Virus record (IMG/VR): IMGVR_UViG_3300027969_000081
Strand: one strand, 5' to 3'
DNA: 64,000 bases
Origin: an uncultured virus (IMG/VR IMGVR_UViG_3300027969_000081)
Taxonomy: Duplodnaviria; Heunggongvirae; Uroviricota; Caudoviricetes
Positions 6,253-16,756 of the stretch are shown in pieces (position 1 is the stretch's first letter; every line of letters begins with the position of its first letter). The notes under the pieces were generated by a model. It ran no database searches and was not told the DNA's origin. It saw only the letters and a program-made list of their open reading frames with translations. Made by a program: the position numbers and the translations under genes.

Positions 6253-8961
6253 ATGAGTGATGGAATAACAAAAGACGAACTTAATGAATCCTTAGATAGA
6301 TTCTTTAAAAAGTTATCTGAATTGTCGTCTACTGTAGGCCGCGGTGGACCTACAGGCAATAAAGCTGGCTCAACTGGTGGAACTAAAGCAAAAACTCCCG
6401 ATACTCCAGAAGAACGTGCTTATGCAGAAAAAATTAAACGTCTAAATAAGTTACACGAAGCTGGTATTAAATTAAGTAGCGAAGATGCAGAAGCATTAAA
6501 AGAACATACCAAGCAAACAGAAGATCTAACTGATGCTACAAAAGACCTAGAGTCTAGCATGAAGTATACCAAGAAGCAACTGGTTGGCCTTGGTAAAGAC
6601 ATGCTGACAGGCAATGGCAGTTTAGGAGAAGCATCGGGACGATTGGCCAGTATATTTGAAGATAGTTCAAGTCGTGCAGGCCGTGCAATTTATGGATTTG
6701 CCGCTGGAGCCAGCTTTGCATTAGGCGCAATGGAGAATTTTGCTAAAAGTGCCGCTGACATGGGTGCATTTGCGGACCTTGGAGCATTCAGTGTTGGATC
6801 ACTTAGACAAGCCAAACTATTAAGTGGACTTGGTGATAGTTTTATTAAAGTTATTGAGAACAGCCAAGGCGGGTTCAAAGCATTTGGTTCAAACAGTCAG
6901 GCAGCAACAGAAAATTTAAGTAACTTGGCACGTGGCCTTCGTTTAGGGTCATATGCATTAAACAGTACACTACGTAAAAATCTTGGAACAGAACTGGTTG
7001 GAACCATGAACAAGGCTGCCAAGTCAACCGCAGCCATGGGACTAAGTCAAGAAGACCAAGCTAACTTGATGGGAACAATCTCCTCAAATGTACAATTGAA
7101 TGCAGAAAACGAACAAGATGCACAGCGTAAGTTGGTTAAACAATACGCTGAAACTGTAGATTCAGCACGTACACTAAGCAATACATTTGGTACCAGTGCA
7201 AAAGAAATCCTAAAAAGTATTGAAAACTTTAATAAGAGTACCGCAGGTAAAGCTGCCGCATTACAAGGTGTTTCTGGTGCTCAAGAAATTAAGCAAGCAC
7301 TGGCCGCTGCCGGTGTACAAGGCAGTGAAGAGGACATGAACAGAATGGCTCTTGCTTTGGCCAAAGGGCAAGGCATGGGTGTAGCTGGAACTTATACTAC
7401 TCCTGAATCAATGGCAAACTTGCAAGCAGTTTCAAATGCAGTTGATCAAGCTAAACAAGCAGGCGGCGGCAAAGTTACAGCAGAAGGTCTTAGCCAAGGA
7501 ATGCAGTCTCAGCGTGGTACATTTGAAGCAATTGGCCGACAACGTCAGGACTTGGGTGCCAAAGGTCAAGAAGGTTTATTTGACACTGGTGTTGCTGCCG
7601 CAGAACTTGCTAAAAAATTAGATTTACAAGCCAAAGCAGCCGCAGGTGATCAAAAAGCAAGAGACGAATTGGCCAAACAAGGTACAACTACCGAAGCAGA
7701 TAATATTCAAACCATGGATAGATTAACTGGTGCTCTTGATAGTTTACGTGGATTTATTATTGGATTAACTGCATCTGTAATAGGACTAACTGGCATGCTT
7801 GCCCCATTGGTATTAGGTGGCGCAGGCGCCTTAATTGGCGGATTAACAGGCAAAGGCGGCGGACTATTAGGTGGTTTACTTGGTAAAGGTGCAGGAGCCG
7901 CTGGTGCAGGAGCAGCCGGAGCCGCTGGTGCAGGAGCAGCCGCTGGTGGCGGCGCAGGTAGTGCTATTGGTAATACCTTAGGCGGATTAGGTACTGGGTT
8001 AGGAACATTGTTAGAAGGGTTAGGAAAAGGTATCGGAAAAGGTGCTTCTGCAATATTAGAAGGACTAGCAACTGGCCTTAAATTCTTTGCAGATCCAATG
8101 ATTTTATTAGGTGCCGCAATCCTTGGCGGCGCAATTACATTAATTGGCGCTGGTATTGCAGGTGCCACGTGGATATTAGGTAAAGCATTACCAACATTTG
8201 CAGAAGGACTTGCTTCGTTTGACAACATCAACGGTGACAATTTAATTAAAATTGGAGGCGGATTAGCTGCCATGGGTGCAGGTGCAGTTGTATTTGCTGC
8301 CGGTATGGCTGCGGCCACTGCTGGTAGTATATTAACAGGTATCATGGGCTTATTTGGGGCCAAGAGTCCATTGGAAAAGGTAATGGAATTTGTGCCTTAT
8401 GCAGATGCTATCAGTGCATTGGGGCAGGGTATGTTAAATTTTGGCAATGGTATCATTGCAATGAAGACTGGATTGGCTGGATTGGCTGGTGTTGATATAT
8501 CTAATTTAACAACCTTATTAAGTGACAAGGGTCCATTGAGTAAAATCAAACAATTTGCTGAAAACTCCAATAGTGTCAGTATATTAGGCAAAGGAATATT
8601 AGATTTTGGTAATGGTATCATTGCCATGAATACAGGATTAGAATCATTAGATGTAGAAAAACTAGCAAATTTCAAACAAAACTTAACTGAGATCAGTAGT
8701 TTAAATTTAGGAAACTTATCAAGCATTGGGTCAGTTATTGGATCTAATCAAGTAAGTGTTGATACATCTACTGTTCCTACTAAATTTGCAAGTGATGCTA
8801 TTAATTCAAACCCTAATGCTAGTAACATTGCTCAAAGCACAGTAACTCCGGAACTAATTGCACAATTTACCAGCTATCTTTCAAACATACAGAATGATTT
8901 GCAAGCAATTAGGGGTAATACAAAAGGATCACCTTCTGTTGCTCCGGTAAGATTATCGTAA
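6253..8961 (+). CDS. Tape measure protein
   Basis: 902 aa, Ala/Gly-rich helical, hydrophobic GLG repeats; adjacent to the chaperone-like gene. Confidence 0.8.
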   Translation: MSDGITKDELNESLDRFFKKLSELSSTVGRGGPTGNKAGSTGGTKAKTPDTPEERAYAEKIKRLNKLHEAGIKLSSEDAEALKEHTKQTEDLTDATKDLESSMKYTKKQLVGLGKDMLTGNGSLGEASGRLASIFEDSSSRAGRAIYGFAAGASFALGAMENFAKSAADMGAFADLGAFSVGSLRQAKLLSGLGDSFIKVIENSQGGFKAFGSNSQAATENLSNLARGLRLGSYALNSTLRKNLGTELVGTMNKAAKSTAAMGLSQEDQANLMGTISSNVQLNAENEQDAQRKLVKQYAETVDSARTLSNTFGTSAKEILKSIENFNKSTAGKAAALQGVSGAQEIKQALAAAGVQGSEEDMNRMALALAKGQGMGVAGTYTTPESMANLQAVSNAVDQAKQAGGGKVTAEGLSQGMQSQRGTFEAIGRQRQDLGAKGQEGLFDTGVAAAELAKKLDLQAKAAAGDQKARDELAKQGTTTEADNIQTMDRLTGALDSLRGFIIGLTASVIGLTGMLAPLVLGGAGALIGGLTGKGGGLLGGLLGKGAGAAGAGAAGAAGAGAAAGGGAGSAIGNTLGGLGTGLGTLLEGLGKGIGKGASAILEGLATGLKFFADPMILLGAAILGGAITLIGAGIAGATWILGKALPTFAEGLASFDNINGDNLIKIGGGLAAMGAGAVVFAAGMAAATAGSILTGIMGLFGAKSPLEKVMEFVPYADAISALGQGMLNFGNGIIAMKTGLAGLAGVDISNLTTLLSDKGPLSKIKQFAENSNSVSILGKGILDFGNGIIAMNTGLESLDVEKLANFKQNLTEISSLNLGNLSSIGSVIGSNQVSVDTSTVPTKFASDAINSNPNASNIAQSTVTPELIAQFTSYLSNIQNDLQAIRGNTKGSPSVAPVRLS
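7894..7941 (+). repeat. 24-bp perfect tandem duplication in tape measure gene
   Basis: GGAGCCGCTGGTGCAGGAGCAGCC twice (GAAGAGAA). Confidence 0.85.
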
Positions 8962-8993
8962 ATATAATAGGTAAGTAATTTAAAGGATAACAT

Positions 8994-10655
8994 ATGAGCT
9001 GGCGTAAACATTTTAAAATCTGGGACCCGGAGCAAGACCTAAGTCAAACCCAAGGTCGCCAGGGAGCCGGATCATCTGCAAAATTTTCAAGTTGGTTACA
9101 GGAAGTATATACTGGTCAGCCAAATCGTGTTGAACGATATGTTCAATATGACCAAATGGACATGGACAGCGAAGTAAATGCCGCATTAGATACCATTGCT
9201 GAATTTTGTACACAGGCAAATCCAAAAACAAATCTGCCGTTTAGTGTTGTATGGAAAGAAGATCCTACTGACAGTGAAAGCACCATTGTACAAGAATCAA
9301 TGAGAAAGTGGTGTGCAATTAACACTATTCATCAACGCATTTTTAGAATATTCCGTAGTACTATCAAGTATGGCGATCATTTCTTTTTACGAGATCCAGA
9401 AACATTTGAATTGTATTGGATAAATCCATGTGATGTTAAACGAGCAGTAATTAATGAAGCAGATGGCCGTGCAGTTGAACAATATGTTATTGCCAACATA
9501 CATCCAAACTTAGCAGTCAAAGTTGCTACAAAACCAATTGAAAGTGTAAAAACTCTTGCAAGCACTGCAACAACCAGTGCCATGGGTCCGTATTCAAATC
9601 CATCAAACTATTCAAAGCCAGGTAGTCAAGGTGGAGAAGTAGCAATTGATGCAAAACATATTATTCATATTACATTAAACGAAGGCTTAGATGTTAGTTG
9701 GCCATTTGGCGGAAGCATCTTAGATAGTATCTTTAAGATTTACAAGCAAAAAGAACTATTAGAAGATGCTATTATTATCTATCGTGTTCAACGTGCCCCA
9801 GAACGACGTGTTTTTTATATTGATACAGGTAATTTACCAGCGCACCAAGCAATGGCATTTGTTGAAAGAGTTAAAAATGAAATCCATCAACGACGTATTC
9901 CAACACGAACTGGCGGCGGCACAGCACTAGATGCAAGCTATAATCCATTGAGTATCTTAGAAGATTTCTTCTTTGCTCAAACAGCAGATGGTCGTGGTAG
10001 TAAAGTTGAAGTGCTACCAGGTGGACAAGGACTTGGAGAGATTGACGACTTAAAGTTCTTTACTAATAAAATGCTTCGTGGCCTACGTATTCCAAGTAGC
10101 TATCTACCAACTGGCCCCGATGACACTGGCGCACAATACACTGATGGTAAACTTGGAACAGCAATGATTCAAGAATTCCGTTTCAATAGTTATTGCCGCA
10201 GATTACAAGGGCTAATTGCACCATTTTTAGATAAAGAGTTTAAGGTTTTCTTAAAGAATCGTGGAGTAAACATTGATAGTTCAAGTTTTGACATTGATTT
10301 CTTAGAGCCACAAAATTTTAGTGCGTATCGTGAAATTGAAGTTAATAATGCTCGTGCAACTACATTTACTCAGCTTGCAGATATTGCATATCTAAGTCAT
10401 CGTTATAAATTGAAAAAGTTCTTGGGACTGGATGATGATGAAATCTTAGAAAACGAACGCTTATGGAAAGAAGAGAATGCTGACGAAAAAACAGCAGTTG
10501 CTGGTAATGAAAGTGCCGGATTCTCTGCTACTGGATTGTCAGGACCATCTGAAATAGACCTTGAAACAACGGGTAATTTAGAAGCTGGAGCCGAAGCCGA
10601 AACTGAAGCTGGTGCAGAAGGTGGCGCAGCCGAAGAAACTGTTCCACCAGTTTAA
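8994..10655 (+). CDS. gp20: Portal protein, T4 gp20-like
   Basis: LLEDAIIIYRVQRAPERRVFYIDTGNLP, EDFFF, LPGGQ.LGEIDD, LRIPSS. Confidence 0.95.
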   Translation: MSWRKHFKIWDPEQDLSQTQGRQGAGSSAKFSSWLQEVYTGQPNRVERYVQYDQMDMDSEVNAALDTIAEFCTQANPKTNLPFSVVWKEDPTDSESTIVQESMRKWCAINTIHQRIFRIFRSTIKYGDHFFLRDPETFELYWINPCDVKRAVINEADGRAVEQYVIANIHPNLAVKVATKPIESVKTLASTATTSAMGPYSNPSNYSKPGSQGGEVAIDAKHIIHITLNEGLDVSWPFGGSILDSIFKIYKQKELLEDAIIIYRVQRAPERRVFYIDTGNLPAHQAMAFVERVKNEIHQRRIPTRTGGGTALDASYNPLSILEDFFFAQTADGRGSKVEVLPGGQGLGEIDDLKFFTNKMLRGLRIPSSYLPTGPDDTGAQYTDGKLGTAMIQEFRFNSYCRRLQGLIAPFLDKEFKVFLKNRGVNIDSSSFDIDFLEPQNFSAYREIEVNNARATTFTQLADIAYLSHRYKLKKFLGLDDDEILENERLWKEENADEKTAVAGNESAGFSATGLSGPSEIDLETTGNLEAGAEAETEAGAEGGAAEETVPPV

Positions 10656-10682
10656 TTTTTAAACTTTTAGATAAGTAGTTTT

Positions 10683-10889
10683 ATGAGATTTAACGACTTA
10701 ATTAGAGCTGAAAATGAAATTGAAGAGGAGATTGATCCAGAAGTTGCATTCTATGGTGATCTCCGTCGAAAACGTCTGACCTTAGAGCATGTTAATCGTT
10801 TAAGAAAATTGCGCGACATGCGCGATTACGAAAATAAACAACGTTTAACACTAGTACGAAAAATGTATGCTAGACCCCCAGCGGTCTAA
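10683..10889 (+). CDS. Small prohead-associated protein (hypothetical)
   Basis: Between portal and core genes; TAAGTA 5 nt upstream of ATG. Confidence 0.6.
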   Translation: MRFNDLIRAENEIEEEIDPEVAFYGDLRRKRLTLEHVNRLRKLRDMRDYENKQRLTLVRKMYARPPAV

Positions 10890-11032
10890 TACATGATTTG
10901 TTAAAAAATTATTACTACTTTTGTCAAAAAAGTAGTTTTTTCTGCCTTTATACCTCATTTTCTGTGCGCCAATAGTAAGTAGTTATTGGTGCATTGGTAC
11001 TCTCGTACCCCTTAGCGCAAGGAGAAAAAACA

Positions 11033-11788
11033 ATGAGCAAAACCATTTTAGAGCAGGCACTTGATCATCTTCTAAATAAAGAAGAAGATAAAGCTAGTGC
11101 TTTGTTACATGACTACTATGTAGGCATTGGTCGTAAAGTATACGAAGACATTATGACTGATGATATGGCCTTAGAAGATGAAGATCACTTATCTGACCTT
11201 GATAATTCAATCGACGAAGTTGATGCTGATCTAACTGAAGAAGGCGAAGATATGGATATGGAAGCCGGTGAAGAAGCCGGTGAAGAATTAGAAGCCGAAT
11301 TAGGCGCAGAAGAAGCAGTTAGTGCTGATGCGGCTGATGTAGCTGATGCAATGCTAGATGTTGAATCAGCATTAGCAAAGCTAAAGGCAGAATTTGAAGA
11401 AATGATTTCTGGTACAGGCGATCACGACAGTGAAATGAGCGCACCAGAAGGTGAAGAAGAAACCGAAGAAGAAGTTCAAGACGAAATGGGCGAAAGCTTA
11501 GAAGAGTCATTGGAATTATCTAAAGTTTCAGCACCAGATAATAGCGACAAAGCTGATTCAACATCAAGCCCAGTTGCTAAACGCAATCCAATGATGGCTC
11601 GTCCAGCAACTAAGTTTGGTGGTTCAGCCAGTGGTGACGGTGTAGCTAGTGGTACTACCCCAGCTAAAGCCCCATCATCAAAAGATATGGCCAGCACAAC
11701 TCGCCCAGCTATGAGTAAAGTAGCTAAGCCAGGTGTAGCACCAGGTCGTGAAGCAGGCTCAAGTCAGTCAGACTTGCCAAGAGGTTAA
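11033..11788 (+). CDS. Acidic prohead core protein (gp67-like position)
   Basis: Very Glu/Asp-rich with many L-x-E sites; SD AAGGAG; upstream of protease. Confidence 0.65.
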   Translation: MSKTILEQALDHLLNKEEDKASALLHDYYVGIGRKVYEDIMTDDMALEDEDHLSDLDNSIDEVDADLTEEGEDMDMEAGEEAGEELEAELGAEEAVSADAADVADAMLDVESALAKLKAEFEEMISGTGDHDSEMSAPEGEEETEEEVQDEMGESLEESLELSKVSAPDNSDKADSTSSPVAKRNPMMARPATKFGGSASGDGVASGTTPAKAPSSKDMASTTRPAMSKVAKPGVAPGREAGSSQSDLPRG

Positions 11789-11791
11789 ACC

Positions 11792-12433
11792 ATGACGAAC
11801 CTTCAGCCACTACGTGAAAATTTAACATTTGATCAAGCAGGTATGGTTGTTGAAACCAAAGACACTGCTAGTGGCGGTAAGGATCTCTACATGAAAGGTA
11901 TTTTTATTCAGGGTGGTGTACGTAATCACAATCAACGTGTATACCCTGTAAACGAAATTGCCAATGCTGTAGAGAGCATTCGAAAACGACTAGATAGTGG
12001 TTTCTCCGTTCTAGGAGAAGCAGATCATCCTGATGATTTACAAGTAAACATTGACCGAGTAAGTCATATGGTTACTGAAATGTGGATGGATGGTCCCAAT
12101 GGATATGGTAAGTTAAAACTTATTCCAACACCAATGGGTAACATTATCAAAACATTACTTGAAAGCGGTGTTAAATTAGGTGTCAGCAGTAGAGGATCCG
12201 GTAACGTACAGGAATCTGGTAACGTTAGCGAGTTTGAAATTGTTACTGTTGACGTGGTAGCACAACCTAGTGCTCCAGAAGCCTATCCAACAGCAATTTA
12301 TGAAAGAGTAATGGGAAGTCGTCGTCGTGCCGCTCTAATGGATGTGGCCAGCGCGGTGAACCACGATAGGTCCGCACAAAAATATCTTGAAAATGAAGTT
12401 TCAAAATTCATTTCAAGTTTAAGAAAAGTCTGA
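11792..12433 (+). CDS. gp21: Prohead protease, T4 gp21-like
   Basis: GIFIQ...N.N.RVYP, GEADHP, LGVSSRG.G, DVVAQPSAP.A. Confidence 0.95.
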   Translation: MTNLQPLRENLTFDQAGMVVETKDTASGGKDLYMKGIFIQGGVRNHNQRVYPVNEIANAVESIRKRLDSGFSVLGEADHPDDLQVNIDRVSHMVTEMWMDGPNGYGKLKLIPTPMGNIIKTLLESGVKLGVSSRGSGNVQESGNVSEFEIVTVDVVAQPSAPEAYPTAIYERVMGSRRRAALMDVASAVNHDRSAQKYLENEVSKFISSLRKV

Positions 12434-12446
12434 GGAGATTACTATA

Positions 12447-13556
12447 ATGAGTCAATTTACAGAAATGCTCGGTTCAGTAGTTTTGTCCGAAGAGGTGCGA
12501 GATAACATCAACACCGCTTGGGAAAAACACTTAGCCGAAAGCCGCGAATCAGTAACGGCTGAATTGCGTGAAGAATTTGCAACACGTTACGAGCACGATA
12601 AAGGTCAACTTATCGAAGCTATGGATACGTTGATGCAAGATACCATCAATGCTGGCGCAACAGAACTAAAAACTCTACGCGAAGAAGCAGTAGCACAGCG
12701 TACCAAGTATGCCGCTAAAATTAAAGAAGATGCCAAGTTGTTACAAAAGTTAGTAACAGAAACTCTTGCAAAAGAGATTGCTGAACTACGCACTGATCGT
12801 AATGATCAGAAAGCAACAATTGGTCAACTTGAAGAATTTGCATTACGTAAACTAACAAGCGAATTAAGCGAATTACACGAAGATCACAAAGCTTTAGTAA
12901 ACGCTCGCGTTAAGTTAGTAACAGAAGGCCGCAAAGCCATCGAAGAAACACGTTCAGCATTCATCAAGAAAGCATCAGATAAAGTGAATGGTCTAGTAAC
13001 TGAATCGTTTAAGAAAGAAATGACACAGTTAAAAACAGACATTCGCGAAGCAAAAGAAAACAACTTTGGTCGTAAGATCATGGAAGCTTTTGCCGCAGAA
13101 TTTATGGCAAGTAAGTTTGCAGACGGTACAGCCGTTAGTCAGCTTACACGTAAAATCGAAGAAATACAATCAGAACTAACAGAGGCTCACAAAACAATCA
13201 CAACTAAAGAAGTACAAATTAGCGAGTCGCTTCGTCGTCAGCGCATTGCGGAAGATCAAGCACAGCGAGTTCGCGTAATGCAAGATTTATGTGCTCCATT
13301 GTCAAAAGACAAGAGAGGCATTATGGAAGAGTTACTAGAAAGCACAGATACGTCTAAGCTAAAAGATCAATTCCAGAAATACTTGCCATCAGTCCTTAAC
13401 GAAGAAATTCGTAAAGACAAGAAACAACTTGTTGAAGGACATCAATCACAGAAGACTGTGGTTACAGGCGACAAATCAACAACAGTTGATTCCGCCCCAG
13501 CCGATGCTGATGACACAATTCGTCAGCTACGTAAACTCGCTGGAATAAAGAATTAA
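12447..13556 (+). CDS. gp22: Prohead scaffolding protein, T4 gp22-like
   Basis: Long charged coiled coil between protease and capsid genes. Confidence 0.8.
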   Translation: MSQFTEMLGSVVLSEEVRDNINTAWEKHLAESRESVTAELREEFATRYEHDKGQLIEAMDTLMQDTINAGATELKTLREEAVAQRTKYAAKIKEDAKLLQKLVTETLAKEIAELRTDRNDQKATIGQLEEFALRKLTSELSELHEDHKALVNARVKLVTEGRKAIEETRSAFIKKASDKVNGLVTESFKKEMTQLKTDIREAKENNFGRKIMEAFAAEFMASKFADGTAVSQLTRKIEEIQSELTEAHKTITTKEVQISESLRRQRIAEDQAQRVRVMQDLCAPLSKDKRGIMEELLESTDTSKLKDQFQKYLPSVLNEEIRKDKKQLVEGHQSQKTVVTGDKSTTVDSAPADADDTIRQLRKLAGIKN

Positions 13557-13573
13557 TATAGGAGACATACAAA

Positions 13574-14785
13574 ATGTCACAAGCTCTATTTGAAGCAAAA
13601 AATTGGTCAGTTACTAAAGAAGCCCTTTTAGAAGGTCTATCTGGTCAACGCAAGACCACTATGGAAGTATGTTTAGAAAATACTAAGAAGTATTTGACAG
13701 AAAGTGCAACTGCCGGCGCAACAGCTAGCGGTAACATTTCTGTATTAAACAAGGTTATTTTACCAGTTATTCGTCGTGTAATGCCAACAACTATTGCTAA
13801 CGAATTAGTTGGTGTACAACCAATGCAAGGTCCAGTTAGCCAGATCCACACTTTACGTGTACGTTATGCTGAAGCTGCCGCTGCCGCTACAGGTGCTGGT
13901 TCATACGCTGAAGGTAACATTGGTAAGGAAGTTCTTGCAAATGATGAAGCTTTAAGCCCATTTAGCATTGCTAGCCAATATTCAGGTACAACAACTGGCC
14001 GTGCCGCTGCCACAAGTTCACTTGAAGGTCAAGCTGGTAAGAAAATGAACATTCAGATCTTGAAAGAGACTGTTGAAGCTAAATCACGTAAGTTAAGCGC
14101 ACGTTGGACATTTGAAGCGGCTCAAGACGCTCAAGCTATCCACGGTGTTGACGTTGAAGCTGAAATCATGGCTGCTTTAGCACAAGAAATTACTGCTGAA
14201 ATTGACCAGGAAGTTATTGGTTCTTTAATCAACTTAGCCGGCACACCATTTGGTACGTTTGACCAATCAGCAGTTAGCGGTACAGCTAACTTCGTTGGTG
14301 ACCAACACGCTGCCTTGGCAGTATTGATCAACCGTGCCGCCAACGACATTGCTAGCCGTACACGTCGTGGTGCAGGTAACTACATTGTTGTAAGCCCAAC
14401 AGCTTTAACAATTCTACAATCTGCTACTACTTCAGCTTTTGCTCGTACTACAGAAGGTACATTTGAAGCTCCAACAAACACCAAGTTCGTTGGTACATTA
14501 AACAGCTCAGTTCGTGTTTATGTAAACCATTACGCTGGCGATGCAAGTCCAGTTCTAATTGGTTACAAAGGTGCTAACGAGATGGATGCTCCAGCATTCT
14601 ATTGCCCATACATTCCATTGATGAGCTCAGGTGTTGTTTTAGATCCAAACACATTCGAACCAACTGTCAGCTTTATGACACGTTATGGTTATGTTGAGTT
14701 GTCAAACACAGCGTCATCTCTAGGTAACGCTGCCGACTACGTTAACACAATCGCTATCGATAGTGCAAACCTAAGCTTCATCTAA
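13574..14785 (+). CDS. gp23: Major capsid protein, T4 gp23-like
   Basis: RRVMP..IA..LVGVQPM.GP, VEAKSRKL.A.WT.EAAQD, FYCPYIPL, F.TRYG. Confidence 0.97.
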   Translation: MSQALFEAKNWSVTKEALLEGLSGQRKTTMEVCLENTKKYLTESATAGATASGNISVLNKVILPVIRRVMPTTIANELVGVQPMQGPVSQIHTLRVRYAEAAAAATGAGSYAEGNIGKEVLANDEALSPFSIASQYSGTTTGRAAATSSLEGQAGKKMNIQILKETVEAKSRKLSARWTFEAAQDAQAIHGVDVEAEIMAALAQEITAEIDQEVIGSLINLAGTPFGTFDQSAVSGTANFVGDQHAALAVLINRAANDIASRTRRGAGNYIVVSPTALTILQSATTSAFARTTEGTFEAPTNTKFVGTLNSSVRVYVNHYAGDASPVLIGYKGANEMDAPAFYCPYIPLMSSGVVLDPNTFEPTVSFMTRYGYVELSNTASSLGNAADYVNTIAIDSANLSFI

Positions 14786-14812
14786 TCTAACAAGATTAGT
14801 TAAGTTTAACTT

Positions 14813-14838
14813 GAAAAGGGCAGGCAACTGCCCTTTTC
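14813..14838 (+). terminator. Intrinsic terminator after capsid gene
   Basis: GAAAAGGGCAG-GCAA-CTGCCCTTTTC. Confidence 0.85.
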
Positions 14839-14855
14839 TATTGAGTAAATAAAGC

Positions 14856-15086
14856 ATGTTTACAAGTATGAAAATAAGATTAGAACGAGCAGGACATTGC
14901 CAAAAATGCGAACACTATCGTAGAAGTATAAAGCAGTGTGCTCAATGCGGATGTTTGGTTAATCTAAAAGTAACAATAGCAAACGAAGCATGTCCAATCA
15001 AAAAATGGGGTCCGGTTGAACCAGGCAATGATTTTATGGCTGATATTTCTAAAAAGGTACAAGAATTTTTAGTGTTAAAAAAGTGA
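14856..15086 (+). CDS. Small Cys-rich metal-binding protein
   Basis: CxxC...CxxCGC...CPxxKW. Confidence 0.65.
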   Translation: MFTSMKIRLERAGHCQKCEHYRRSIKQCAQCGCLVNLKVTIANEACPIKKWGPVEPGNDFMADISKKVQEFLVLKK

Positions 15087-15119
15087 TATTGGTAAATAAA
15101 GGAACAAGGAGCGGACCAC

Positions 15120-15566
15120 ATGCCTAAATTAGACAGCTACGACGATTCTGATGCATTTTCATCAGTAAGTCCATTTGCACAAAAAAGTATTGATACTAAA
15201 ATTGCCGCCGGCGGCTGGTCAAGTGCCGACGAAGCCGCAAAAACAAAGGCAGTAGCTGATGCCGCCGCTCAAGTAGCAGTCCAAGGTGCTACAAACACAT
15301 TAACCACAAACGACAAGTTTGGTGACTTTATCAATAGTAAATGGCGCCCAATGATGGCATTCATTTATATGATTACATGTGCCACAGACTTTATTATATT
15401 TCCAGTATTATGGAGTGTACTACAGGCTGTACAAGGTGGCCAAGTAACAAGCCAATGGAGTCCACTAACATTACAAGGTGCAGGTTTGTATCATATTGCA
15501 ATGGGTGCAGTATTAGGATTAGCCGCATACGGGCGTAGTCAAGAAAAAATTGCAGGAAAATCTTAA
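15120..15566 (+). CDS. Putative holin (GTA 3TM-holin-like membrane protein)
   Basis: KWRP followed by hydrophobic segments, ending LGLAAYGRSQEK. Confidence 0.65.
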   Translation: MPKLDSYDDSDAFSSVSPFAQKSIDTKIAAGGWSSADEAAKTKAVADAAAQVAVQGATNTLTTNDKFGDFINSKWRPMMAFIYMITCATDFIIFPVLWSVLQAVQGGQVTSQWSPLTLQGAGLYHIAMGAVLGLAAYGRSQEKIAGKS

Positions 15567-16675
15567 TGTCAATTAAAACAAACCACGTAGAGGAATCATT
15601 AACACCTCAATCTGGGGTCTTACAAGTCAGGGCGTCAGGTGCGTTTGGTTTACCAATTGGCACACAACAACAACGACCAACCGGAGTTGAAGGTTACATT
15701 CGTTATGCTACTAATTTTACATCACCTGAATTTTTTGATGGTAACAATTGGCAATTATTGACAAGTAAAGAATATGTTGACTCAGCAATGAGCAACATTA
15801 CACTTGATTCCTTGGTTGATGTTGAATCTGCGGCCCCAACAGATGGGCAAGTGATTACATATGATGCTAATCGAGGACAGTTTAAAACTCAAACTTTAGC
15901 TCTTAGCATTGTTACACGTTTATTTACAGGTGATGGTAACACACTAACATTTGATATTATTACCAGTGTCAGTTCAGTACAAGAATTAGTAGTAAGCATC
16001 AACGGTATATCACAAGAACCTTATTATAGTTACACAATAATTGATGGTCACATTATTAATTTTGATGAAGCACCAGAAGTTGGTGATAGAATTCAAGTCA
16101 AGATTTTAAAAAGTACAACTGCAACTGACAGACCACGTCCACGAATAAAACAAATTTCATATGGCAATGTATCAAATTTCACAACAATTTCTATTGTTGC
16201 AACAGACATTACATATGGCACTGGTGTAAAAATTGGCAACCAGGCAATTACTAGAATTGATTATCCAACCCCAGAAATGATTCAGGTCATGATTGAGACA
16301 GACAGGATGATTGACAGTATGTGGAACTCGCCGCAAGACCTGGTGCTAATAGACACCAGTGGCAACGAGTTTACATTTAAGAACTTAATTAATTATGGTC
16401 AGTCAAAACCAAACTGGTCTAATTCAAATGCCTATATAGGCACTTTTTCTGGTGGAGACACCATAAATTTTCCAATTGGCGTAAATAACGCTACAAGCCT
16501 ATCATTAGGGCCTGCTTATGCAGGTGAGTCTGGTATTTCTTGGCTAGCCATAAGTTACAACAACATTGTTGGAACGGCTCCAAACAATAGCAGTCCAAGC
16601 AGATATGAAATCTCTATTACGGCCACAAACGGTAGCGTTGCTATAACGAAAAACTACTGGTTGCTGGTAATTTAA
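15566..16675 (+). CDS. Virion structural protein (fibre/baseplate-associated)
   Basis: LP.GT..QRP..EGYIRY motif; FTGDG..F...INGI.Q.P domain shared with the C-terminus of the next ORF. Confidence 0.65.
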   Translation: MSIKTNHVEESLTPQSGVLQVRASGAFGLPIGTQQQRPTGVEGYIRYATNFTSPEFFDGNNWQLLTSKEYVDSAMSNITLDSLVDVESAAPTDGQVITYDANRGQFKTQTLALSIVTRLFTGDGNTLTFDIITSVSSVQELVVSINGISQEPYYSYTIIDGHIINFDEAPEVGDRIQVKILKSTTATDRPRPRIKQISYGNVSNFTTISIVATDITYGTGVKIGNQAITRIDYPTPEMIQVMIETDRMIDSMWNSPQDLVLIDTSGNEFTFKNLINYGQSKPNWSNSNAYIGTFSGGDTINFPIGVNNATSLSLGPAYAGESGISWLAISYNNIVGTAPNNSSPSRYEISITATNGSVAITKNYWLLVI

Positions 16676-16756
16676 AATTCTCAAGTTGGCCGGCACCATA
16701 CTTAAAAATGCCAAAAACAACAAGTTTCATTAGAAACTTTTTCAGAGGATAAAAAC

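Noticed and set aside
7707..8726. Long antisense ORFs (here and opposite fibre, capsid and other genes)
   Set aside because: Shadow frames produced by the codon bias of the sense genes; no start signals
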